DNA of 64,000 bases from positions 274,323 through 338,322 of the forward strand of contig JACPMK010000002.1 in assembly GCA_016186115.1 (NCBI GenBank), given 5' to 3'. Source of the DNA: Candidatus Wildermuthbacteria bacterium (GTDB lineage Bacteria; Patescibacteriota; Minisyncoccia; Minisyncoccales; UBA10102). The notes beneath the pieces were generated by a model. It made no database searches and had not been told where the DNA came from. It was given only the letters and a program-made list of their open reading frames with translations. Below, one piece after another: positions 17,622-26,972 of the stretch (position 1 is the stretch's first letter; every line of letters begins with the position of its first letter). A program made the position numbers and the translations under genes.

Positions 17622-18068
17622 CTAGTTGAGAGAGAACGTAAACCCCGAATGAGCTACGGGGATTTCCGGGTGGTAGTAAATAAACTCTACTACCAGCAGA
17701 TTGTCGGGGTCATCTGTCGCGACCGCCACTGTGACGAAATGGCGATCATCCGGGAGAACAATCCGTCTTTTTCTTGTTGCCCCTTCCCCCGGAAGATAAA
17801 GGGGACATCCACGAGATGACCTTTTCCCCGAAAAAGGTATGGTAATGATGCTAAAAAACCCGCCGCCCTCCATGAGAGGTACTATTTCATGAAGGCAGAA
17901 TTCTCCTGTTCCTGGATCAAATCCAGACGTCAAAGGGTAGGGTTCGTCCCGCGGAAGAAGCATAACCGAACCACCCTTCTGAATCTCCATGGTAATCCGT
18001 TCAGCAAACTCCTCGATCCGCCAACGACTGTAGGGAATGCCGTTGGGACGATGCAATCTATAAATCAT
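17622..18068 (-). CDS. Hypothetical protein
   Basis: Open frame with AGGAGG before ATG 18068 and a terminator downstream. Confidence 0.6.
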   Translation of the reverse strand: MIYRLHRPNGIPYSRWRIEEFAERITMEIQKGGSVMLLPRDEPYPLTSGFDPGTGEFCLHEIVPLMEGGGFFSIITIPFSGKRSSRGCPLYLPGEGATRKRRIVLPDDRHFVTVAVATDDPDNLLVVEFIYYHPEIPVAHSGFTFSLN

Positions 18069-18266
18069 CTCTGCCTCCTTTCTGTCTGATTTCCGTTCTC
18101 CAGCAGGATTTTTTTTATAGCACAACATTAACGCTGCCGTCAAAAAGAAAAACATAGCCGTAGCGTTCAACTACGGAAAAAGACGCAGCGCACTGCTCTT
18201 TTTTTTCACTGCAGCAATTCCGCCGGGCGAATTTCAATCATTCAAACGTTCTGGTACAATAAACGC

Positions 18267-19205
18267 ATGCGATACAAAAGATTTTTTCTCTTATGTTCTC
18301 TCTTGCTTCTCTTTTTTCTGTCTCTTATGCCGAAAACGGCCCAAGCTATTACCCAAACAGAAAAAGACCTGCTACTTCAGCAAATCGAAATCCTCAAACA
18401 GGAAGTTTCGCTTTTGCAGATGCTCCTTGCAAATCTCCAGTCCGCCAGCGATCCCGCAGGAATTACTGCGCAATCATACCTTGCAGTAAACCTTTCTGAT
18501 TATTCGGTTGTTTTAGAAAAAAACCAAAACCAGCCATATCCCATAGCTTCTGTTGCCAAACTCATGAATGCCGTGGTTGCTCTTGAAAACATTGACAAGA
18601 CCCAAACCATAACGCTCACAGAAGAAATGCTCAAGCCCTTAGGATCCAGCCCCTCCCTTTTTCGGGGCCTTACGGTCGGCGCGGAAAATCTTCTCAAAGC
18701 CAGCCTTATTCAATCTACAAACGACGCTGCCGAAGCGTTAGCGTATGCTGTGGGAAAAGAAAAATTTACGAATCTCATGAACCAAAAAGCAAAAGAGCTG
18801 GGCATGTCAAATACTGTTTTTTATGACACCCACGGATTGAACCTAGCAAACCTCTCCACGGCTTCAGATCTCGCCAAACTCATTTCGTATATCCGCGGAT
18901 ATCATCCTGAAATTTTGAGCATCACGAGAGATAATAACTTCTGGCTTCCCGATGCAACAGGAAGAAAGCTTAAATTCCAAAATGTAAATAATTTCTATCC
19001 TCTTCCTGCGTTTATTGGCGGAAAAGCCGGCTACCTCCCCGAAGCCAGGCAAACGTTAGCTGCGGTCTTTAATGTCAACGGGGACGCTATCGTCGTCGTC
19101 GTGCTGCACTCCATCAACCGCCAGGCAGACACCTTCCGCATCCTCAATCAACTAGGAAGAGAAAAGCTCATCGCAAGCAGAATGATACAAAATGAAAAGG
19201 CGTAG
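18267..19205 (+). CDS. D-alanyl-D-alanine carboxypeptidase (peptidase S11)
   Basis: Signal peptide; ASVAK (SxxK), STN (SxN), GKAGY (KTG variant); LMNQKAKELGMSNTVFYDTHGL. Confidence 0.9.
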   Translation: MRYKRFFLLCSLLLLFFLSLMPKTAQAITQTEKDLLLQQIEILKQEVSLLQMLLANLQSASDPAGITAQSYLAVNLSDYSVVLEKNQNQPYPIASVAKLMNAVVALENIDKTQTITLTEEMLKPLGSSPSLFRGLTVGAENLLKASLIQSTNDAAEALAYAVGKEKFTNLMNQKAKELGMSNTVFYDTHGLNLANLSTASDLAKLISYIRGYHPEILSITRDNNFWLPDATGRKLKFQNVNNFYPLPAFIGGKAGYLPEARQTLAAVFNVNGDAIVVVVLHSINRQADTFRILNQLGREKLIASRMIQNEKA

Positions 19206-19241
19206 ATACCGACCCCCAAAAATCTAATGGAGTAGTCAAAA

Positions 19242-19490
19242 TCACTTACTCAAACACTTCCCCTTTGAGCTTCCTCGCTTCTTCTGCAATTCCTTGAGGG
19301 CCACGTCCAGCTGCATGATATTGATCTCTTCTTCGGAAAAAAAATCAAGGTCTTCTGAATAGCGATGCCTTAAATAAAAAGCGGCAAGCGCCGTGCCGCC
19401 AGTTAGATAAAATTTCTGCGAGAGAAATGCGTTCTCCCCAATCCTCTCTAAAAGCACCTGCTGTGTTTTCGTAAGAATTCCCTTACTCAT
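19242..19490 (-). pseudogene. Truncated AbiEii/AbiGii-type nucleotidyltransferase toxin
   Basis: FYLTGGTALAAFYLRHRYSEDLDFF, but only 82 aa. Confidence 0.85.
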
Positions 19491-19677
19491 GCAAAAGGAG
19501 TTCTAGAAATCGCTTTCTGGCGGGATCAAGACGAAGCTTGTCCCAATATTTTTTTAGCTCTTTTTCGCTTATTTTTTTCCCATTCAATCCGAAATTTACC
19601 ATCTGCTCAAGTTTCCAAATGGCGTACTTTTCCGGATTATTCTTTAGTTTCTCCTCGTCTACAGACCAGTTATACAT
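19483..19677 (-). CDS. Small cognate antitoxin-like protein
   Basis: MYNWSVDEEKLK...WKLEQMVNFGL; overlaps the AbiEii start; TATAAT 6 nt before the ATG. Confidence 0.75.
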   Translation of the reverse strand: MYNWSVDEEKLKNNPEKYAIWKLEQMVNFGLNGKKISEKELKKYWDKLRLDPARKRFLELLLHE

Positions 19678-19803
19678 ATTTTTATTATACTCCTTCAACA
19701 AACTCAGAACAAGCAAAAAAACCGCCCTTCGAAAAGTAAGGCCCCGAAGAGCTTGCTGCTCAACGGGGCATGGCGGTTGGCTTGGATCTGTGAGCAATTT
19801 CTT

Positions 19804-20172
19804 CTAGAGCAAGGTTGTTGTCCCTCCCTCACCTACGTGCGCCACATGGGAGAGGAGCGCGTGGAATCTCTGAAGAATTTTCATCTGAAGCCGGCGCGCA
19901 CGACGCAACTGAACTTCCTCTCCTATCTGTTGCGCCTTACACCAGGCGCAATCCCAGTGATAGGAAATAATCAAACGCTCAATGGTGGGGTCAAGCTCCA
20001 AAAGCGTCTCGATCTTTTGGAAAAGTATCTGCAATCCGCTTTCTCCAAGCGGATCCACTCCTCCGAATTCCGTAAAGCTATAGTGGGCACCTACAACTTC
20101 CTGAATGGGGAGAGCCCACTCTCCCTCAAACCGGGGGTCCACGCAACGGAGCAAAATTGTTTTCGCCGGCAT
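19804..20172 (-). CDS. Minimal beta-carbonic-anhydrase-like zinc protein
   Basis: CVDPR and HWDC zinc-ligand motifs; AGGAGG upstream. Confidence 0.65.
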   Translation of the reverse strand: MPAKTILLRCVDPRFEGEWALPIQEVVGAHYSFTEFGGVDPLGESGLQILFQKIETLLELDPTIERLIISYHWDCAWCKAQQIGEEVQLRRARRLQMKILQRFHALLSHVAHVGEGGTTTLL

Positions 20173-20425
20173 GAGCAACCTCCTTCCCAACGTCTTGACT
20201 ACCATCCCACATTTCCACATTTTTAGGCTTTTTTCAAGGAAAAGCTCCCCCCTCCTTTGCCTTTCGCAGAGGCGAGGGCGGGCACGTGTAGCCTGCTTTT
20301 CTTTGCAAAATAAATCTTTGATTTATCGCGCGGATCAGCCACGAAAAATGAACCAAAACATTCATCTCATGGCTCACGCTGCTGAAGTCCGTTCGAACCA
20401 GTTTGATGGAAAGTTAAAATAAAAA

Positions 20426-20454
20426 GCCCTTCTATTCTGGCTGAACAGAAGGGC
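20426..20454 (-). terminator. Hairpin plus U-run in a long intergenic region
   Basis: GCCCTTCTATTC...GAACAGAAGGGC followed by TTTTT on the minus strand. Confidence 0.65.
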
Positions 20455-20611
20455 CACCGATGTAAAACCATCCTTGCTCTGTTTTTTAGTATTTTATGAG
20501 CTGTAATTTTATACCAATCCTAATGCATAAAAATCAAGTGTTCTATCAAAAAATCGCCTTCCCTTCTAGAATTCGGCAAAGCAGGTCCTTTGCATCCAAA
20601 ATAGAGAGAAA

Positions 20612-20860
20612 TTAATACTCCAACTTAATGCCGAGCTTCTCTGCAATCTGGTGAAACCACTTTTCGTGCCTGTCCACTTTCATAACTACAGCGGCATATT
20701 CTATCCGCAGATCATCTACCGCCTTTGCCAACCGATCTATTGCAATGATTAACTCATGCACCGTTTCCTTAAGATCGAGAAGTTCTGTTTTTATCTCTGC
20801 AACATCCTCTTTGGTTGCTAAAACCTCAAGGAGTTTTTGAATATCTTCTGAAGTTAACAT
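20612..20860 (-). CDS. Small coiled-coil protein
   Basis: ATKEDV...LAKAVDDLRIEY...QIAEKLGIKLEY heptads. Confidence 0.8.
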   Translation of the reverse strand: MLTSEDIQKLLEVLATKEDVAEIKTELLDLKETVHELIIAIDRLAKAVDDLRIEYAAVVMKVDRHEKWFHQIAEKLGIKLEY

Positions 20861-20899
20861 ATAGCTTATGATAACTTACCAAAGAAAAGTGTCAAACGG

Positions 20900-20971
20900 C
20901 TCCGCGGGTAGGACTCGGACCTACAACCAACTGGTTAACAGCCAGCTGCTCTACCATTGAGCTACCGCGGA
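20900..20971 (-). tRNA. tRNA-Asn(GTT)
   Basis: TCCGCGG/CCGCGGA acceptor stem, anticodon loop CTGTTAA, T-loop TCCGAGT; CCA not encoded. Confidence 0.95.
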
Positions 20972-21027
20972 ATATATTGCTCAATAAATATCAAATATAA
21001 GATAACAGATTCCTGCGATCCTTTCAA

Positions 21028-22218
21028 CTAGTATCCGCGGAGTTTACGAAGAGACCGGTGTTCGCGGATTTTTTCGAGGGCCTTGGCTTCGATCTGACGG
21101 ATACGCTCTCTGGTCACGCCAAACTCTGTCCCCACCTCTTCCAGGGTATGGGTGATGCCGTCATCCAAACCAAAACGCATCGCAAGAATTTTTTGTTCCC
21201 GCGGACTCAAATCAACAAGAATTTCCTGGATGCGTTCGCGCAAAAGATTGCGAGCTGCCTCAACCGAGGGAGGGGCAACTTTTTCATCCTCCACGAACTC
21301 TGCCAAAATACTGTCTTCCTCATCCTCCCCCACCGGCGTTTCGAGCGATACGGTTTCCTGCGAAATTTTTTGAATCTGCCGAACCTTGCTCACTTCCAAT
21401 CCCATTTCTGCTGCAATTTCTTCTGCCAATGGCTCCCTGCCCAAATCCTGAAGCAAGCGTTTGCGCACCTGCGTATATTTGGAAATGGTTTCGATCATGT
21501 GCACCGGAATACGAATAGTTCTTGCCTGATCCGCTAACGCTCTGGTAATTGCCTGACGAATCCACCATGTGGCATAGGTTGAAAATTTATACCCTTTGCG
21601 CCAGTCAAATTTTTCAACCGCGCGGAATAATCCTAAATTCCCCTCCTGAATAAGGTCGAGAAGGGTAAGGTGAGGCGTGCGTCCCACATATTTTTTTGCA
21701 ATGGATACCACGAGCCGAAGATTTGCCCGCGCCAATTGTTTCTTCGCTTCTTCATCGCCCCGCTCAATGCGTTTTGCAAGCTCACGCTCTTGCTCTGCGG
21801 TAACGAAAGAAATTTTTCCAATTTCTTTAAGATACATCTGCACCGGATCAAGCGGCCCCTCTTCTGTCGGCTTTTTTGCCTCCTGTTTTGTAACATCGAT
21901 ATATTCGCGTACTTCTTCCACGCGAATCCCTTCTTTTTCCAAAATCCCGAAAAGCTCATCAAGACCTTGCACATCTTTTTCTGGATTAGGAAACTGATAC
22001 AGAATTTCTGAAAAGATAACGAAACCCCGCGGCTTTACCCGATCAATTAATTCCCGAATCTTTTCTTCGGTAAAAACCTTGCTTCCTCTCCTTCTTTTCG
22101 GCGCTTTCCTGATCACGCGAATTTTTCTCGACGCGCGCCCCACCTTGGAAAGAGCGACTGTTCCCCTCCTTCCCGGTCGCATTTTCTGATTTCTTTTTGC
22201 GATAAGACTTTTTGGCAT
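21028..22218 (-). CDS. rpoD: Primary sigma factor
   Basis: [37 protein letters not shown] and TRERIRQIE. Confidence 0.97.
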   Translation of the reverse strand: MPKSLIAKRNQKMRPGRRGTVALSKVGRASRKIRVIRKAPKRRRGSKVFTEEKIRELIDRVKPRGFVIFSEILYQFPNPEKDVQGLDELFGILEKEGIRVEEVREYIDVTKQEAKKPTEEGPLDPVQMYLKEIGKISFVTAEQERELAKRIERGDEEAKKQLARANLRLVVSIAKKYVGRTPHLTLLDLIQEGNLGLFRAVEKFDWRKGYKFSTYATWWIRQAITRALADQARTIRIPVHMIETISKYTQVRKRLLQDLGREPLAEEIAAEMGLEVSKVRQIQKISQETVSLETPVGEDEEDSILAEFVEDEKVAPPSVEAARNLLRERIQEILVDLSPREQKILAMRFGLDDGITHTLEEVGTEFGVTRERIRQIEAKALEKIREHRSLRKLRGY

Positions 22219-22242
22219 TTTTCTTTGGAGTTTCTAATTTTG

Positions 22243-24006
22243 TTAGTTTAATAAATGAAGCTCTGTACTCAAATGATGAAATTCCTGCATGAGCTGTTGC
22301 AATTTTTGATGATCCTGCTCTTTTTCTGCCTGCTTAATCTCGCGAGAAATGACGCTGAGCCGTTCTCTTGTATATAACGCTTTTAACTCCTTTAGGCAAC
22401 TCTGTAGTTCCTTTTCTCCTTCCGATTCCCCCTCTTCCATATCTGCTTGGAAGGTAAGACCCCTTAGATATTCGACGCTCTCTTTCGAAAGCATGTTTCC
22501 AAAAAGGGAAAAATCAAGCTGGGGATTCTTTTGCATTGCTGCAATAATCTCTCGTGTAGCTGGAGAAACCAGTTCCATCGCTTGCGGGGCGAATTGCTGT
22601 ACATTCTCTGGCGTGCGGAATAAAAGGAAAACAATTTGCTCCTCCAGAAGTTCTTTTCTTGATTTCATCTCCACGGCCCCCACCTTCGCGACAGAAGAAC
22701 GTCGGATAATATCATCCTCATTTTTAATTTTGGAGAGTTCTTCGCGCACGCTTTCTTCTCTTGCGCAAAGCTCCTCTGCCAGACGCCTGATCCAAAAATC
22801 CTGCTCAACCCTGCTCTGCAATTTTTTAATAACGGGGAGAATGGTCTTGGCAATGGCGTTTTGCCCTTCGGAAGTATGCTTATCAAATTTTGCAAAGGTC
22901 GTTTCGAAATAAAAATCGGAAATTGATTTTGCATGTTGCAAAAGTTCTTTCCACTGCTCTGAATTCTCTTTCACAACATCAGCAGGATCTTTCGGCGGAG
23001 GCATCAATACCACTTTGATCCGAAAACCCGCACCCAAAGCCCGGTCAATGCCCTTTTTCGTTGCCGATTCCCCGGCCGCATCTCCATCAAAAGAAGCGAA
23101 GAGGTTTTCAGAATAGCGTTTCAATACTTTCACATGCTCATCGGTGAGAGCGGTTCCTGACGCAGCAACCACATTTTCTGTACCTGCTTGAGAAACCAAA
23201 ATCACATCAAAGTATCCCTCGACCAGCACGCAAAAATCATTTCTTCGAATCGCGAGTTTCGCCTTATCCAATCCATAGAGAATTTTGCTTTTATCATACA
23301 AAGGAGTGTTGGAAGTATTAATGTATTTGGCAAGATCCGCATCTGCTTTTTTGCCAAAAATTCTTCCGCCAAACCCCACGGTCGCAGAATGCAAATCAAA
23401 AATCGGAAACATAATGCGGCTGCGGAACCGGTCATAGGTCTGCCCCTCCGAACGCACCAAGAGTCCTGCTCTGCCGATTTCCTGTTCTCTAAATCCGCGT
23501 GAGGAAAGAAAAGAAAATAAAGAATTGGCGCTTTCCGGAGCATACCCCACTCTCCATTTGGCAATACTCTCTTTGGTTAGCCCGCGCTCGCCCATAAGAT
23601 AATTCGTTGCCTCCTCCCCTATTTGGGAACCCTCGAGCTGCTTTTCAAAAAATTGCGTTGCAAGCTCCATCAGTTCGAGCAATCGCTTGCGTTCGGTTTC
23701 CCATTGCATAAATGCGGGATCTCTTTGGGGCAATTCGACCCCTGCCTTTTGCGCAAGCAATCGCAAAGCATCGCCAAATTCAATTCCCTCGATCTGCATG
23801 ATAAATTGAAAAACATCGCCTCCCAATCCGCATCCGAAGCATTTCCAGGTCTGCCGTCCCGGCGACACAAAAAAAGATGGGCCTTTCTCTGAATGAAACG
23901 GGCAAAGCGCCCGATAATTTGCTCCGGCCTTTTGCAGCTGAACATATTCCTTTACTACAGCCAAAATATCAAGCCGATTTTTAATTTCTTCAATGGGAGA
24001 GAGCAT
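22243..24006 (-). CDS. dnaG: DNA primase
   Basis: CPFH..CFGC zinc finger, DRFRSRIMFPI, VEGYFD and DGDAAG TOPRIM motifs. Confidence 0.97.
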   Translation of the reverse strand: MLSPIEEIKNRLDILAVVKEYVQLQKAGANYRALCPFHSEKGPSFFVSPGRQTWKCFGCGLGGDVFQFIMQIEGIEFGDALRLLAQKAGVELPQRDPAFMQWETERKRLLELMELATQFFEKQLEGSQIGEEATNYLMGERGLTKESIAKWRVGYAPESANSLFSFLSSRGFREQEIGRAGLLVRSEGQTYDRFRSRIMFPIFDLHSATVGFGGRIFGKKADADLAKYINTSNTPLYDKSKILYGLDKAKLAIRRNDFCVLVEGYFDVILVSQAGTENVVAASGTALTDEHVKVLKRYSENLFASFDGDAAGESATKKGIDRALGAGFRIKVVLMPPPKDPADVVKENSEQWKELLQHAKSISDFYFETTFAKFDKHTSEGQNAIAKTILPVIKKLQSRVEQDFWIRRLAEELCAREESVREELSKIKNEDDIIRRSSVAKVGAVEMKSRKELLEEQIVFLLFRTPENVQQFAPQAMELVSPATREIIAAMQKNPQLDFSLFGNMLSKESVEYLRGLTFQADMEEGESEGEKELQSCLKELKALYTRERLSVISREIKQAEKEQDHQKLQQLMQEFHHLSTELHLLN

Positions 24007-25420
24007 AAAGCTTTTGATAAAGCTGAAGATATTTTTTTGCTGATTTTTGCCATGAAAAATCCTGATTCATGGCGCAAGCAATCATATTCTGCATCTTTTT
24101 TTCATTTCGGTATAGCTCCAATGCCTTTTTGAGCGCGCTCAATAATTGCTGGGAATTATACTCTTCAAAAAGAATCCCTGTCTTGCCATGTTCCACCGTA
24201 TCTCCAAGCCCGCCGGTCTTACGCACAATGGGGATTGTTCCATAGCGCATCGCAATCATCTGGCCAAGCCCGCAGGGTTCAAATTTCGATGGCATAAGAA
24301 AGAAATCAACTCCTGCATAGATTTGCTGCGCCAGCACCGCATCGAACTTGATATGAGACGAAATATTCTGTGGAAAATTTTTCGCGGCAGTTTCAAGCCC
24401 ATCCTCGTATTCTTTTCCTCCTACTCCTAACACTGCCAGCTGGCAATTGGTTTCTCGTAAAAAGGGAATGGTCTCTAAAATCAGATCAATTCCTTTTTGA
24501 GAGGTCAACCTTCCGATAAAACCAAATAAGGGCATGGAACTGTCAACGGGAAGGCCGATAATTTGCTGAAGATATCTCTTATTTTCTTTCTTTAATTCTG
24601 GATTTTTCAAAGAATACTTGCTCTTCAAATCAGGGTCGGTTGCAGGGTTGAATCTTTCTACGTCAATACCATTCACAATACCGAATAAATCTTTTTTCCT
24701 TGGTCGAAGAATATCTTCCAATCCTTCACCATATTCTTTGGTGAGGATTTCTTTGGCATACGATGGGCTCACGGTATTCAAAAGATCCGCAGAAATAATC
24801 CCTTGCCGCAAAATATTTCCTTGGGGAAATTCCTGTTCATTGGTTATTTGGAGAAATTCGCGGATTTGCTGCTCATCCCATTTGCCCTGATTGGCAAGAT
24901 TATGAATTGTGAGCAGGGTCTTTGCTTCTATTCCTTTGCGTTTCAAAAAATACGGAATTGCTGCGGTATGCCAATCATTGCAATGAACAATATCGGGAGT
25001 CCATTGAACAGATGGCAGAAATTCGCCAACAAGTTCGGAGAAAAATAAAAAACGCGCAATTTCTTTCCACGATCCCACAAACGCGGTTCGCTCAAAATAA
25101 ATTCCGTTTTCGCCAAAATAGCGCTCGTTTTCCAAAAGATACAATGGCACCGAGCTGCCGGGAAGAGTCCCTCGGTATACTTTGATTTCCTCGCCGCGAT
25201 AAGAAAAAGAAGAAATATGCTCAACTTTTTCTTTAGTAAGATCGATTTCGCGGTATTTTGGAAGAACAATCCGTACGTCGCACCCTTCTTTGGCAAGGGC
25301 CACGTCAAACGTGGCAAGAGCTTTTGGAAGCGCGCCAATCACATCGCCAAGGCCCCCAACCTTTGCGATGGGAGTACATTCGGAAGCCGCGAACAAAATT
25401 TTCAAACGCGCTTCCTGCAT
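23990..25420 (-). CDS. glgA: Glycogen synthase (GT5), copy 1
   Basis: AKVGGLGDV, HCNDWHT, GRLTSQKG and MPSKFEPCGLGQM. Confidence 0.93.
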   Translation of the reverse strand: MQEARLKILFAASECTPIAKVGGLGDVIGALPKALATFDVALAKEGCDVRIVLPKYREIDLTKEKVEHISSFSYRGEEIKVYRGTLPGSSVPLYLLENERYFGENGIYFERTAFVGSWKEIARFLFFSELVGEFLPSVQWTPDIVHCNDWHTAAIPYFLKRKGIEAKTLLTIHNLANQGKWDEQQIREFLQITNEQEFPQGNILRQGIISADLLNTVSPSYAKEILTKEYGEGLEDILRPRKKDLFGIVNGIDVERFNPATDPDLKSKYSLKNPELKKENKRYLQQIIGLPVDSSMPLFGFIGRLTSQKGIDLILETIPFLRETNCQLAVLGVGGKEYEDGLETAAKNFPQNISSHIKFDAVLAQQIYAGVDFFLMPSKFEPCGLGQMIAMRYGTIPIVRKTGGLGDTVEHGKTGILFEEYNSQQLLSALKKALELYRNEKKMQNMIACAMNQDFSWQKSAKKYLQLYQKLYALSH

Positions 25421-25437
25421 GAATGCTTTTTAATAAA

Positions 25438-25595
25438 GATTACGAAGCGGCGTCGAAGGTGCATGTTTGAGGAGACCCTTAGCAGCGCGACGGCGCGACC
25501 TGCCTGCCGGCAGGCAGGGAAAAGAGCAAATTTCTAGCAAGAAATTATGCGTGTCTCCGAAAACATGCACCAAGAAAGCCGATTCGCAACTAATC
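25438..25595. repeat. Structured intergenic element with a central 20-bp palindrome
   Basis: GGTGCATGTTT-GA-GGAGAC pairs with GTCTCC-GA-AAACATGCACC; CCTGCCTGCCGGCAGGCAGG at 25499-25518. Confidence 0.8.
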
Positions 25596-25598
25596 AAT

Positions 25599-26972
25599 TT
25601 ATACTTTTGATGTTGCTTCTTTTCTTTTTCCTTTCAACTCGGTGATGCGATCGCGAAATTGCGCTGCCTTTTCATACTCTTCTGATTGCGCGCATTCCAA
25701 CATTTGCTTGCGCAAGTGCTCGATAATTTTATCAAATTCTTCAGGAGGAACGTATGGGGCCGAGGTATCAAGGCGCATCGAGACCTCCTCGTCGTAGTGC
25801 TCTTTGACCAAATCTTCCACTATCCCATTCCTTTGCCAGTCAAGCGCCGTAAACACAATATTTTTATACAACTCCTGGGCTTTCTTTGCTGATTGGATAT
25901 TTTTCCCTTCGAGAATCAAAACGACCTCGAGCAGTTCTTTTGCCCCCTTTTCCAAAATTTCCAAACTCCACCATGGCTTTGCCGAAGCCCACCAATATTG
26001 ATCCGAATGCAAGGCCTTGTCGAGCAAGGCCCGTGCTTTTTGATACGGTTTTCCTTTCTCCTTTGCTTTTTTCGCTTCACCAATCGCAAGAGCGGTAAGT
26101 TGCCACTGCATGCGATGAATTGCGTTTTTGGGATTGTACCAGCGGGAAAAAGGAAGATTACGCGCAATATCTTTGTGCATCAAAGCCCATGACGCGGGAA
26201 TCGGATCGCATGCCGTTTTTTCGAACGAATGCTTTCCCAACAATTCTGAAATGGTTGCGGTGGGAAGTTCTTTTGATTGGTAAATATCAAAGAGAAGTTT
26301 TTCGAGCCCGGGCCGGTGATGCCCGAACGTTTCTCCGTCCATTGCAGTAAGCAGATACTCATTTTTTTGCAGTCGCGGCCCCAAATTCGCAAGCAGCATG
26401 GGGCCGGAGCCCAATTGCGCAGAAAGAATTTTGAAAGAGGTTTCCCGCTCCCGGAAAAAAACAGTGAAATCACCAAGCCCCTCAATGGTGTAAATCTTTG
26501 AATAATCGGGATTTTCTCCGGGATACGATGCCTCGTCGGCAAGCATCCATTTGTATCCCAAATCGCGGATAATCTTTGCAATGTCTTTGGTAAAGGCCAT
26601 TTCCGGAGGAAAGAATCCCATGGGTTGATACGCGTCTCCAAAATACTTCTGATTTGTCTGCTGATTCAGATGAATCTGGCGGATAATTTCTTCTTTGGGG
26701 AGTTTGGGCAAAAATGCGTGATATTTCGCGCTGCCCGTAAATTCAAGCTGCCCTGCTTTTGCCAAACTCCGCAGGTTTTCGATCACATCATTGAATCCAT
26801 GCTTTGCTAATAGTTCCGTAAGCCCGGCATTGATATTGAGTGTAAGTTTTGCATCAGGAGTGCGCTGAAGCTCCTGAATGATTTTGCGGTAACTTTCATG
26901 AACAACTTTTTCCAAAATTTTTGGCTTCTGGTTTGATGGCTGATAGATATGAAGAAAATTTGCCCAAATCAT
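25599..26972 (-). CDS. GH57 glycoside hydrolase with C-terminal UVR coiled-coil motif
   Basis: WANFLHIYQP, GFFPPEMA, AMDGETFGHH, SDQYWW; tail QMLECAQSEEYEKAAQFRDRITEL. Confidence 0.88.
   Translation of the reverse strand: MIWANFLHIYQPSNQKPKILEKVVHESYRKIIQELQRTPDAKLTLNINAGLTELLAKHGFNDVIENLRSLAKAGQLEFTGSAKYHAFLPKLPKEEIIRQIHLNQQTNQKYFGDAYQPMGFFPPEMAFTKDIAKIIRDLGYKWMLADEASYPGENPDYSKIYTIEGLGDFTVFFRERETSFKILSAQLGSGPMLLANLGPRLQKNEYLLTAMDGETFGHHRPGLEKLLFDIYQSKELPTATISELLGKHSFEKTACDPIPASWALMHKDIARNLPFSRWYNPKNAIHRMQWQLTALAIGEAKKAKEKGKPYQKARALLDKALHSDQYWWASAKPWWSLEILEKGAKELLEVVLILEGKNIQSAKKAQELYKNIVFTALDWQRNGIVEDLVKEHYDEEVSMRLDTSAPYVPPEEFDKIIEHLRKQMLECAQSEEYEKAAQFRDRITELKGKRKEATSKV

Noticed and set aside
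20232-20365. Short minus-strand ORF MNVLVHFSW...
   Set aside because: No motif or clear RBS, and it runs through a palindromic repeat.
1-20860. Integron cassette array, suggested by many small co-oriented genes
   Set aside because: No attC-like RYYYAAC/GTTRRRY hairpins or integrase found. The recurring AAAAAATCGCC (about 5605, 9082, 20548) fits terminator tails.
1-20971. Single genomic island or prophage integrated at tRNA-Asn
   Set aside because: No duplicate of the tRNA 3' end, integrase or phage structural gene was seen within the window.
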